The notes under the pieces: generated by a model
What the model saw: the letters and a program-made list of their open reading frames with translations, nothing else
Told to the model about the DNA's origin: nothing
The model's database searches: none
Assembly: GCA_964035545.1 (NCBI GenBank)
Contig: CAXIUT010000190.1
Span: 1-28,416, forward strand
Source: Bugula neritina
Taxonomy: Eukaryota > Animalia > Bryozoa
DNA length: 28,416 nucleotides
Reading direction: 5' to 3'
Program-made: the position numbers and the translations under genes
Part shown: piece by piece, positions 12,094 through 23,497 of the stretch
Layout: every line of letters starts with the position of its first letter
Numbering within the stretch: the first letter of the stretch is position 1

Positions 12094-13109
12094 ATGACTG
12101 AAAGTAAGAAGAAAGATGTCTCAAGCACTGAGATGCATACTATTGAAGAAGGAGAGTAGTTCAAGAAAGCTGCCATTCCTAAAGTTATTAACCTTGATTA
12201 AAATCTTAAAAAGTCTTACCCTGAAGGCTTCCTTGACCAATCTAAAAAAAAGCGCTCATCTCGAAAATCTTCCAAAAGAAGCTCATCTAAGTCATCAAGT
12301 AAAAAATCTCGTTCTTCCACCTCGAAGAAAAGTCGATCTTCTTCTAAAAATTCGAAAAAGTCAGCCAAAAAGAGTGCTAAAAAGGATCCTTTGAGCAGCA
12401 AATCTGACAGAAAAAAGAAGTCAAAAGAATCAGAACTCAAGAAAAAGACAATTACCTCTTCAAAATAGACAAGTAAACCTCTAAAAGAAGGAAACAATAA
12501 CATAAAAAGTGCATCGAAAAATGGCGGGTCTCAGGATGATAAAAATAAAGTAAGAAGAACCAGCACCATGAACGAAACTATTGAATAAGGGAAGAAATAT
12601 ATTCGTAAATATACTTTTATATAGGATCTGCAAGTAAAAGTAAAAAGAAAAGTCGAAGTAAATCAAGTTCAAAAAAATTAAAAAGAGGAAGACCTTCTTC
12701 AAACTCTTCCAAGAAGAGAAAAGATCGATCTAAATCAAAGAGTCGTTAAAAGAGTATTTCACATGAAAAAAAATCAGCTATAAGATCTCCTAAATCAAAA
12801 AGTAAATCGGTGAACAAATCAAATAAGAAGGTGTCAAAGAAAAGTGGAGCTGCTTCTAGCAGTAAAAAAACCAAGAAATCAAGTGGTAGATCTTCAAGTA
12901 GCAAGAAAGATGGGAAGTCAAGAGAAAGATCTTCCAGCAAGAATAAGTCTAAGAAGTAAACTAGCAAGAAGTCAGGCAATAAAGCTTCATCAAAGAGTCG
13001 AGAAAAGAGTTCTGAAAAGAAAAGCACATCTATTCTGAAAAATTCAAAGAGATCTTTGAGAAGTAATTCAAAATCTGCAAAGAAGCCATCTAAAAAAGTA
13101 AAGATGTGA
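12094..13109 (+). CDS. Highly basic Lys/Ser/Arg-rich protein, linker-histone-like
   Basis: About 330 aa dominated by KKSRSSSK-type repeats. 20-nt intron at 12605-12624 and TGA at 13107-13109. The composition recalls ciliate linker histones such as the Tetrahymena micronuclear MLH polyprotein; no globular domain is seen. Confidence 0.7.
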
Positions 13110-13197
13110 GTGTTAATTTCTCTTTTATTTTTTGAATCAATGATATTAATTTTAGAATATGAGATAAGTTAATGATGATTGTGGATATAAATAATTA

Positions 13198-13488
13198 ATG
13201 AACATCCCTGACAACAGCAAATTTCAGCAAATGATCAAGAATAGGCCACCTCTATCGATTCTTCCTGCTCCTAATAAACGTCTTATTAGTCAATACTTGG
13301 CAAGAACTACATTTACTGTGGGTATCGTTGCATTGGCAGGAAGTGTCTTTGTCTATAAGTTCTGGTTAAATGCTCATTCAGGCTTTTTCCTTCAAAGTAG
13401 AAAATCATTCAGTTTCGAAACCGATCCTTATTCTGGAAAAGTTAATTGTAACTACAAAGAAGTTCCCAACTATCAGCATGGATATTGA
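13198..13488 (+). CDS. Small (96 aa) single-pass membrane protein, function unknown
   Basis: Clean ATG-to-TGA ORF flanked by AT-rich intergenic DNA, with one hydrophobic stretch (FTVGIVALAGSVFVYKFWL) and no TAR codons. Confidence 0.75.
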   Translation: MNIPDNSKFQQMIKNRPPLSILPAPNKRLISQYLARTTFTVGIVALAGSVFVYKFWLNAHSGFFLQSRKSFSFETDPYSGKVNCNYKEVPNYQHGY

Positions 13489-13606
13489 TATCTCATTTAA
13501 TTGATAAAATCATCATATTAACTTCCTAACTATCATACTAAGACTGATATTTTATATGATTGACAAAAAAATAAATATCTGAGTTATAATAATTATAAAG
13601 TAGGAG

Positions 13607-14779
13607 ATGAATTCATTTTTAGATGAGCTTTAGAGAAAATACGAATGTCAGTGCTCTCATTTACATCAACTTAATCTTCAATACAGCATAAAATGTGAGT
13701 AATTAAGTGAATTAAATGAAGTAGATGCTGCTGAAACTGAAGATGAACTGTCTAGAATCGAATCGAATATCAATTTTATTTAATCACAAATAGCTAATCA
13801 CAACACTGAGTGTCATAGAATGCTTTAAAACAAAAAAAAAGTAATTTCTACCATTCAAGAATTTTAGTAAAAAAAAGATAAATTGAATATTTTGCTTAAT
13901 AAAGAAAACTATCAGTTGTCTGGTATAGTTAAAAATAATGCTTAGATTGAGACAAAAATACAAAATAGTAGATAATAGTATGAGGGCTATCAAGAGGAAA
14001 TTTACAATATGGATTTAAATGCTTAAAATCTAAAAAAATATGGATCAATATAACCTCCTAAGTGTATTCAAGATCTTCTAAGACAAAAAGATTAAATAAA
14101 AGGTTAAATTTTGGCTACTGATGATGAAATATAACAACAAAAAAGATCTATTGGTCGAATGATAACTAAATAATAACTTGCTTAAATATAAACTCAGATA
14201 AAAGATTTAAAGAAAAAGGAATCACGAATTGAAAAATTGAAATAAGAAAATGAGTAGTTATCAAGGATAAATTAACGGTTGAATGTTACCAAAGACTAAT
14301 ATGAATGGAATCCTAATTTATAGATTAAAACTTTATAGTTAAGTCTTCAATAATAAGAATCTAATATCAGTCGTGTAGAGAAGGAAATTAGCAGCATTAA
14401 TAAGAAATCAACCGAATGCCTTCAGAAGATAGATGAATACAAAAACTATATTCTAAAAAGTCGAGGCGAAATTCCATTTGATAAAAAAGATTAAGGTAAG
14501 AAAAACTAAAAAGATCGAAAAGGTGGAAAAATGAGAGGAAACTAGCCATTTAGTCTTTACTAATAGATCAAGGAAGAGTTATAAAAAGAAACAGAAAGCC
14601 ATGGTGGATTGATAGATCAGATTAGGAATATAAATAAGAGTTGTAAAAAGGTCGAGGATATCTAAATAGATGAGAAAAGTTATTATCGTCCTAAAAGAAC
14701 AAATTTAATAGAATTTTGGATAGTAATACTTGTTTTGATAACTTTGACAATCTATTGCCATTGCATCTTCAAAAAATGA
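13607..14779 (+). CDS. Coiled-coil protein with C-terminal transmembrane anchor (tail-anchored)
   Basis: E/K/Q-rich heptad-like sequence under TAR=Glu, ending LIEFWIVILVLITLTIYCHCIFKK then TGA at 14777-14779. Confidence 0.75.
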
Positions 14780-14964
14780 TTCATACTACTTTTACTATAA
14801 TAATTTTATTGGCATCTTCTCTGTTTAAATTGATTGATTTTTTCAGTCAAAAACTATTTATTTTATTTTGAGGAAGTAATTAATCAAATAATTTTGTAAG
14901 AATTTGTTATAAGAATGGATTATAAATAAGAATTAATTTTGCAAGTAATAATAATAAATATCAT

Positions 14965-17391
14965 ATGAGTAAGTACAGTGCTGATCAAGCTCAAACTAAA
15001 CTCTTGAATGAACTCTATCGTCTTTAGAATAAGACTGATGTCAAAAAGAAAACTATCATTCTCTATGACCTATACACTGATAGAGAAACAAACAAACGTT
15101 CTCTCAATAACATGCATATTTGTGCCAAAGTTATTCTTGACCATAAGATTCCTGTTAATATTGAAAAATAGGAAGATGATGATATGATTCAATACAAATA
15201 TGTTATTCCTGAAGATTTTAAACCTGAAGTTCCCCTAATAGAAAAGGAATTTGAAGTTTAAGACCCTTGTGAGGATGGGCCATCCTACAACAACATTTGG
15301 ATCTATGAAAATCAAGATGATGTTAGAGTTGTTGTTATTCCTATTCAAGAAGAACTGATTGATATTTCAGCTTTACGTTAATAAGCAGAAAATGATGAAG
15401 AATAAGATAAAGCTGAAAAAGCTAAAATTAAAGAAGATGGCCTTCAAGGATAGGAACTCAAAGAAGCTCATGCTAAATGGGATGCTATCAAAAAAAAGCG
15501 TTTTGATGAGAGGTGTGTTTTTGCAGCAGACAAACATCTTAAAATGTTTAAAATTGAAGCTTTTATTGCTACATTACTAGAAAAAACAGAAAAAGTGAGT
15601 ATTTGTTCATTACTTGAATTTGGTCGTTATAAACAACTTTCAGGCTATCAGAAAGAATTTGGAAAGCTATTTAGTGTACCTAATGATTTTAGACCTCAAT
15701 ATGCAGTTCATAGATATAATCCAAAATCAACTTCTAGAACTGTGCAAGAAGCTTAAAAAGAAGAAGTTTCAACTTTATTTTCTGTCTAGAAGAGTCAATT
15801 TTCTCTTAAAAAATGTGAAATTATGGAGGACAAATATTTCTTTTCAACAGAAAATATTAGAACTAAAATCTATTAAAATATGCAAAAAAATGACAATAAG
15901 GCTATTGTTTTTGTTATTCAAGATTTTGTTAATAATTGGAGTAGAATTTCTGTTAACACTGCTCTTTCTTTTGCCTCGATAGTTCAATAAGTCACCACTG
16001 ATATGAACTTAAATAAAACTAAAGATGATCCTAATGCATCAATTTAAATTAATTCTTCTAAAGATATCCTCACTACTACTTTTGATGAAATTTTTAAGCA
16101 ATATATGATTGACTAACTTTGGTTACCTACAAAAGTTAGACTCTAAAAATTTTATACTAAAAAAAGACTCAATAACATAAAAGTTGAAAAGGGTGAAGCA
16201 TTGATTCCTTCAACTATTGAACATTTAATTTTTTGTCATTTCTACTCCAAGATAACTAGATAATTCTTAGATAAATATCAAAAAGCAGATTTATAATCAA
16301 AAAGTGATCAAATTATATTACTCAATGTATTGAAGTAATCTCTGAAAGAGATATATTAGTTGATTCAATAAGTAAATAAGACTATCCTATGTAAAGAGAA
16401 CTGTGAATAGTATAGATGCAGAGATATGTAAAAGTTTTTCAACTTCTTAATTTTCAGCATTGAATCTTTATCAAAATTAAAAAAGATAACTAAAAGAGAT
16501 CTAGCCACTGCAAGTGAGTTAAAAACAAGTTTTGAAAACTTGAGAATCAAAAAATAAAAAATTCTATAATACGTTATTGCATTTCAGTCAAAAATTCTTT
16601 AAAATCAACCTGTTCATTACTATGACCTTTACTTGTTGATTATCAAATAGAACATTACCAAGGATATATAAAAAGATATGGATTATATCTATTTACATAT
16701 TCACTAACTTAAAGCTTATTGTATTGCAAGCAGATACGTATGTAATAACTAGAAACTAGTGTAAGCTATCAAAAGTTATGCATTGATTGGACTAAAGTAT
16801 AAAACTTTAACCGAATCTAAAAGAAAAGAAATTGATATTGTCAAAATATAGAACAGACTTGCCCGTCTGTTGAAAATTGTTGGACAACAAGAATTAGCTG
16901 CGAAAATTTACATCAAAAAAAGAGAATTAGAATTAGCACATAAATGCTTTACTCAGGTTCTTATGTTGAAACTTAAGGGAAGTGGAGATTAAAAGGCAGA
17001 AAAACTTCTTGAATGGGGAAGTATTTTTGAAGATTAGTTCTAATTTGATTTATCTCTGAGTTACTATCGTAAAGCTTTCAGCTATGCTAAAAGAGCAGAT
17101 CTTAAACAATAATCAATTAAATGCAAATTAGCTTGTAATGCACATATGAGAAGAGAACCAACTGAGGAAGAATTACGTGTTCATTAAAACTTTATCGAAA
17201 TGGAAGAACCAGATATGATGAGCTACACTGGAAAACTTGATCTTGAGGCGATGTTCATACAATTGAGAAGGAATCTAGTATGGGACAAAGAAGCTCAATG
17301 CTCAGTTATTTTAAAGGGCGAAGGTGAGGACCCTGATGCAAATATATCATCTTTGTTTGGGGAGCCTTAGGAAGAAAAACCTCAAGCATGA
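14965..17391 (+). CDS. Large (about 808 aa) hypothetical protein with C-terminal TPR-like helical repeats
   Basis: 2427-nt frame from ATG 14965 to TGA 17389-17391. The C-terminal region has LARLLKIVGQQELAAKIY...LAHKCFTQVL...LSLSYYRKAFSYA. Confidence 0.75.
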
Positions 17392-17521
17392 AAAGGAGAT
17401 TGATTCATAGCCATTATATCTAATATGATAAATATGAATGTATTGTTAGATTGCATTTATTGATTTTTGTATTTGATGAATCCTAGAGTTAAAATTCATA
17501 TATCAATTATATTGTGATGAA

Positions 17522-17584
17522 GGGGTTGGGGTTGGGGTTGGGGTTGGGGTTGGGGTTGGGGTTGGGGTTGGGGTTGGGGTTGGG
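17522..17584 (+). repeat. Telomeric tract (TTGGGG)n: right end of the first chromosome, internal in this window
   Basis: 63 bp of perfect repeat beginning GGGG, 130 bp after a stop codon, ending TTGGG and abutting coding sequence. Confidence 0.96.
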
Positions 17585-20500
17585 CTCGAGATATACTTCT
17601 CAAGATAACTCTCATCTCAATCAACTTGCTCTTGGTTCTACCAGCAAAACCCATAGATTAGCTAATATTTATACCAATCGAGATCAACGAGTCAGTTCTC
17701 CTTCTCATTCACAGAGAATTATCGAGTTTGGATCTCTAGAAATAGCTAAGAAGACAAGAAGCAAAAGTTTAAATAGATCTCAATAAATGATAAAAAAATA
17801 GGAAAAAGATTCGATCCGATTAGTAATGAGGCAAAGTATCTAACTAAGACCAAGAAATTAATACAGTCCATATATAAGAAAAACGAAGTTAAAAGAAAGC
17901 GACAAGTTTTTAAATTTTAAATCAGTTAACTTAGGGTAACGTGGAAAAAGATAGGGAAGAGACTCTAAGTAACTTTTCCAAAGCACAAGTAGAAAGAAAC
18001 ATACTCTTGTAAAGATATAGAGTAGACAGGAAACTTAGATTGAAAAAAAAGCAGAAGATGAGGTAATGTATAATGCAAAACAACTTTTGAACTCAGGAGA
18101 TTATCGTAAATCTCTTCTTGTTCTTAAATCAGTTCTAAAAAATAGACCTTAACATCTCTAAGGGCTTTATTTGTCTGCAGTAAATTGGTACCATCTTTAA
18201 GATAAACAAAAAACCCATTATTTTACCTAAAAAGTGATAGAAAAGAGTCCAACTTATTCTCCATAAATCTATAAAATCAAAGCAGTTTGCTATTTTAAAA
18301 ATAATTAATATTCAAAAAGTCTTTTATATGTAATAATATGTTAATATAGCTCAAGCAATGTCATGAGTTTTTTCCTAACTAAGCTTAAAGTTATGAGTTA
18401 GAAGGTAAAATATACATAAGAACTAAAAAGTGGTCAGAAGCGATCTAGAGCTACACTCTAGCATATGAACTTAACAATAATATTGAATTACTTGGAATAG
18501 TTGCCAGCTGTTATTAATCTTTGGATGAACTTCTTATAGCTCTTGACTGTTATTCTCAGATAATAGACCAAAAACCAAATATAAAATGGATTTTAAAGAA
18601 GATGAGATTGTTAGCTAAGATGCAGCTATTTGATAGAATTATATCAACAGTAGAATAAGCTTAAAAAACAGGGAATTCTTTACAGATTAGTAAAGAAAGA
18701 GATGAAATATATTATCTGTGTTCATATGCTCACTACAAAAATAGTATATTTGTAAATTATATAGAAAAATATTCAAGTGCACTTATTTTGATAGACTAAG
18801 GACTAAGATGCTGCCAGCATTAATCTTTTGTTACCAAGTTTAATAGATTACTTCTTATGATTAAAATTACAGAGAGAGATATCTACTAAGCTGCCCATCT
18901 GATTGAAAGACTCGAAGATGAACCAGAACTAAGAGTAATGAGGAATTTTGTTGAAGGAGTTATTAGTTTAATGCGTCGTAATCATAATGAAGGAATTGGA
19001 ATGCTATTGTCTATTCAGAAGGATATGGGATTTACTGTTGATCTTGAAAGTGGGTCATAAGAAGAAGCTAAAATAATCAGTCACGAGATATCTGACTAAT
19101 TCATGAATGAACTCAAAAAAATCTACCTTTTATTTTTAAGCTATGGCTATATTACCATTTCAGACTTTCAGTCAGCTTTTAAGTTACTCTAACTTCAAAA
19201 ATAAGTTGGAGTACCTGAATATTTCTAACTTGGATTTTCATACAATCGATAAATCTGTATTGGCATTCTACTACACTGTGATAGAAAATTTAAAGAGGCA
19301 ACTTCTCATTTCATGAAAGCCAAAGCTATATACTAAAATAAGCTCGAGCCTCCTTTCAGTCTAGCACTTAACTATCTTCAACTTATGGTTTAAGCAAGTT
19401 CAGAAGTATAAAAATTGTAAATGATTGAGTAGGCAAAGGGAGAATTCGATTGTTGTAGAAAAATTTTGGGACGTTCTCCAAATAATACTTCAGCTAGTGT
19501 TTTTTACTTTAAATCTTTATTGCATGGTCATTTAGAAGAATGGAAATAAGCACTTACTTGTATTGATTAAAGTATTGATAGATCAGAAGATCATTACTGG
19601 CGGTATTTCTATATCAGAGGTATGTTGTTAGCATGTATTCATAGCTTCAAGGAGGCAATTAATGATCTGACCATCGCCATCAACCTTTCTGGAAATCAGA
19701 AACCTGAATGCTATATTCTACGATCCAGGTGTCTCCAGATCGAAGGAGAAGGTAACTAGGCCTTCAAAGACCTCCAATAATATATATGTAAGTCTCTCGA
19801 GATGATAGCTAGCTCTCAAGCCAGATGATCCAGAAGTCCACAAATTTGCAGGGCAGCTTCTCTTCGAAAATGGTGCTTTCGAAGATTCTCTAACTGCTTT
19901 TTCCCACCAGGCCATCACTCTCGATCCTTAAAATTTCGATATCTTCCTCACTCAGAGCAAAAGTTTCTTTCTTCTTGGTCGTTTCATGGAAGCTATAAAT
20001 TCTCTTAAACAGGCTAGTTCTCTTCAAAGTTCAGAAGAAATACTTTTCGATATCAAAGTGTTTGAAATTCTTGAAATACTAACAAACAAAGTATCAATAT
20101 AAATATTTAGAATCAACCTATTGAGGCAAGAAATAAATTGTAAGATCTTTATTCTAATATGTAGGTTTCTGGAAAAATATTCAAAATTTCAGATTTTTAT
20201 GTTATTCGAGCAACTTGTCTTATCCTAGAATAAAGATATAGTTAAGCTCTTCTTGCCTTTACTATCAGCATCAAAGAAAGAACTGGAGAATTGAAAGGAG
20301 ATGATCATGACTAGATAGGCGTAATTTAAAATAAAAAATAAATTGACACTTTCTGTAATCAAATGAAGTATAATATGATTCTCTGCCATTTAAATTTAGA
20401 AGATGAAACTAGTGCCATAAAACTAGTACAATAAATGAATATCGAACTCGATCAACCTTATTATAGCGATTTTATTCAATTCAAAAAATTTCTTAACAGA

Positions 20501-21009
20501 TAATCACAAACCTTCAAAAAAGAAGAAGTTTTCCCAAACAGAAATAAACTCTCTAACTTCCTACCTAAAATCACAATCAACAGATCAAGTCCTAGTTCTG
20601 AATCAACACAATTTCATCTAAAGCTCTGCATTCCTTTTCCAAAAGTATAACCTCCTTAGATATTTCCTTCATTCGACAACCATCTTTTGACCCGACTGAG
20701 TGTCCTCAATGTAGAAACGTAAACCTGAAGCACCTTGGGATATTCAGAGAAACTAATTCAATTAAATTTACTGACAAGATATAAACTTTCTCTCGTCTTC
20801 AACTTTAAGACTCAGAAAGTGAATCTTCTAGCACATGCCAGATAATATCAGTTGACAACTCACACTTGGAAAGACAATCAAAACCGTTCAAGAAAGCTAA
20901 ACAACTATTCACAGGTCACTCTCTGGCAGTCGTCAAAAATAAAAGGCAGATAAATGATTAAAACCCAAAAATATTATATTAAGGTAGTTTGATATAATGT
21001 ATGAGTTGA
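17585..21009 (+). CDS. Large TPR-repeat protein, probably 5'-truncated at the telomere junction
   Basis: The frame is open from the junction and the first internal ATG is at 17787. Multiple TPR motifs, e.g. FYIRGMLLACIHSFKEAINDLTIAINL, CYILRSRCLQIEGEGNEAFKDLQEYISLKPDD, VHKFAGQLLFENGAFEDSL. Introns at 18330-18349, 18744-18764 (uncertain), 19788-19812 and 20091-20110. Two insertions near 20719-20740 make the end approximate. Confidence 0.85.
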
Positions 21010-21021
21010 TATGTAGTTGTA

Positions 21022-21073
21022 GGGGGTTGGGGTTGGGGTTGGGGTTGGGGTTGGGGTTGGGGTTGGGGTTGGG
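21022..21073 (+). repeat. Telomeric tract (TTGGGG)n, internal
   Basis: 52 bp, beginning GGGGG and ending TTGGG directly before ATG 21074. Confidence 0.96.
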
Positions 21074-22108
21074 ATGTATATCACCAACTCTAGATTCCAT
21101 TCACTTTACTCCATACCTAAAAAAAATAGACATCTACTTGACTATTCTCTATCGAGTGTTTCTCATAAAAGAAAGAAAGTTAATTAAAAATTAGTCTTTA
21201 TGCAGTTTCTTAAAGATAATAAAAATATAGTACTTGGATATGATAAAACTTCCGAAAGGGGAGATATCAACTTCATCGATGCATCATAGCCTAAAATCAG
21301 TGACTTTTATTATAACAAACTGCAAGGAGGATTGGGAGGCATTGCTTGCTTCGAAGACGGACGATATTTGCTGGCAGCAGATAAAAAGGGTGTTTTCGCA
21401 TATGTCGATCTATCAAAAGGACCAAATATTGAAGATATCAAAGCCAATTCATTTCAAACCAATATCTAAGGACTTCTAGATATCAGTCTATCACCTTTTC
21501 AAACCAAATTGGCATGTGGAACTACCGATAGTAAATGTTTGATTCTTGATTTAGGCAAGTAGCGTTTGAAAACAACACCTGCTTTAAATAAAAAGTTGGG
21601 AGGGCATGCATATAGTGTAAATTGTATTTGTTGGCATCCGTTTAAAAGTCTTATTTTGAGCAGTTCTCTCGATATCCAGGATTCTATCAAATTATGGGAT
21701 CCTCATTCATAGCAACTAATTCAACAGGTAAATCTTCATACAAATGCCACAGTAACAAAAAGTATTTTCCATCCTGTCGGCAATACTTTCTTTTCAATTG
21801 GCAAAGATTGTGCTGTATTCGAATATTAGATCAGGACTAGAGGGTATTTAAACAGTTTCAAGTTAGAACATGAACCCACTGCACTTTAGATAATGCAAAA
21901 TGGAAATATCGTTATCGGTGATAGTAGTGGTGCTCTCAGTTGGTATGATTCTTATGGTTGTTTTATCAAGAAGTTGGAAGGAAGTTCAGGAGTCGTTATG
22001 ATGAATGCTGATTGGAGTAAAAATATCCTAGCTGTTGCCAGATAACGCGAACACACCTTTGAATTCTATTCGCATTAAGATGCATTGGACCTGGAGTTGG
22101 CTCTATGA
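21074..22108 (+). CDS. WD40 protein, WDR33/Pfs2-like polyadenylation factor (divergent; 5' end possibly truncated)
   Basis: Intronless 344-codon frame. GHAYSVNCICWHPFKSLILSSSLDIQDSIKLWDP matches the WDR33/Pfs2 repeat (GH..DVKC.DWHP.KGL..SGSKD...IK.WDP). Confidence 0.75.
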
Positions 22109-22177
22109 TTTTATCTTGTGTTTTTAATAGTGTAAAATATTGATTTATTATGATAATCAGATCACTGTTCGGGTTAA

Positions 22178-23348
22178 TCACGGATGTTGCTGCCCATGAG
22201 TAGAGTATTATAGAGGTCGCTGGAGTAGGGAGAGTGTTGGTGTGATCCTCGTTCGATATCCATTTGATTTCGAAGTTATTGAAGACGACCTTTCAAAGGG
22301 TTGCTGGGAGTGAATTGTGGATTATTGCGGTTTGGTGGTTGAATATCTTGCATATCTTCTTATGCTTTTATTTGAATTACAGTTGGTTTTCTAAAGATCA
22401 TTTTTGTTTGAATTATTATGATTATGAATAGTTTAAATAACAGAATTATAGTCATCTATCATGGTCTTATTGCTTTGTTTATTGAAAAGCTTATCTTTCT
22501 CTTCCTGCTTTATTTATATTTTCACTATTGGCAATAGTGTTCGATAGCATGTCATAGATCTATACTACATTTTCGATCAGCTTCTCTTTCTATTTTTCTA
22601 TTCTACCTCCTCTTTGAGTTTAAAGCAACTAAAAAATAGTGTTATCAATAAGTTGAGAACAGTTTTTGTAATTTTCTTATTAGTTGTTAACTCTTTGAGC
22701 CAAAAGAAGAGAATCATCTTTTCTTTTCATTTGTTTCTGAGGGCTATGAAATTCTTGCTCTTGTAATTTAACTTCAATAGAAGCATCGTCTTTTTTCAAT
22801 TCAAAAGCAGATTTACCCTCACTATGAGCCTTGTTCAAAATTATATTTGCCTTGAAGAAACCTGTGCTAGATTTCTTCTCTCTATCCTGAATTATAGTCT
22901 CTATTTCCTCATTTTCTGGAAAACCCTATTCTTATTCAACAAAATTTTATTAAATACAGTAATCATCTTCATATTGATCGATTCCATCTAGTTTATCTCT
23001 TAGTTGTTCTTTAGTTATAAAGAGAATAACTCTTTTACTACCATGCATGTGATTTCTTGGATGTCGAATACTGAAGTTAGCATTCACTACCATCTTTAAA
23101 AACTCTTTCAAGTTACATTCAAAAGTCCCTTCGATCAACGAATTCAGTTGATGAATCTCGTCATGATCATATGTGAAAGCGAATCCAAAACCACCTCGTA
23201 TATACCTGATTATTCCTTCATACTTGCGGAAAGAGTTGGTTAGAAAGTATTTGACTTGTTTAAAGAAGTTTTTTTTGAATTTTTATCGATTTTCTTCTTA
23301 ATCCTCTTTGTTTTGACTTGTTTGAGCTTGTTCTTTAGTTTGTTGCAT
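22178..23348 (-). CDS. Hypothetical protein, possible divergent HSF-type DNA-binding domain at the N-terminus
   Basis: Open under TAR=Glu from ATG 23348 (the start could lie up to 23419) to TGA 22178-22180, with one frameshift near 22530. Confidence 0.6.
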
Positions 23349-23497
23349 GTTATAATTTTATTGATGATGAGAGATGAGTATAAGCAGTCATTTTTGATTG
23401 TTGAAAGTTGGAGGTGCATTTGTGTAGTTTTATCTATCGATGTTATCTATTTAAGGAGAGCGGCAAAATCAACATATAATAACTGATTTAAATAGCA

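Noticed and set aside
12216-13027. Minus-strand Leu/Phe/Asp-rich ORFs in the supplied track (also 1652-1867, 4673-4912, 13784-13993, 23256-23486 and others)
   Set aside because: These are antisense or off-frame shadows of real genes, produced by translating with the wrong genetic code.
17356-17362. TTTGGGG inside the 14965-17391 CDS as a telomere seed
   Set aside because: It is a single copy that encodes Phe-Gly in frame and is expected by chance.
17522-21073. Internal telomeric tracts as ends of a telomere-bearing transposon (TBE/Tel-like) or as a CRISPR-like array
   Set aside because: The tracts are direct rather than inverted, there is no target-site duplication or transposase, and the enclosed genes are ordinary cellular genes.
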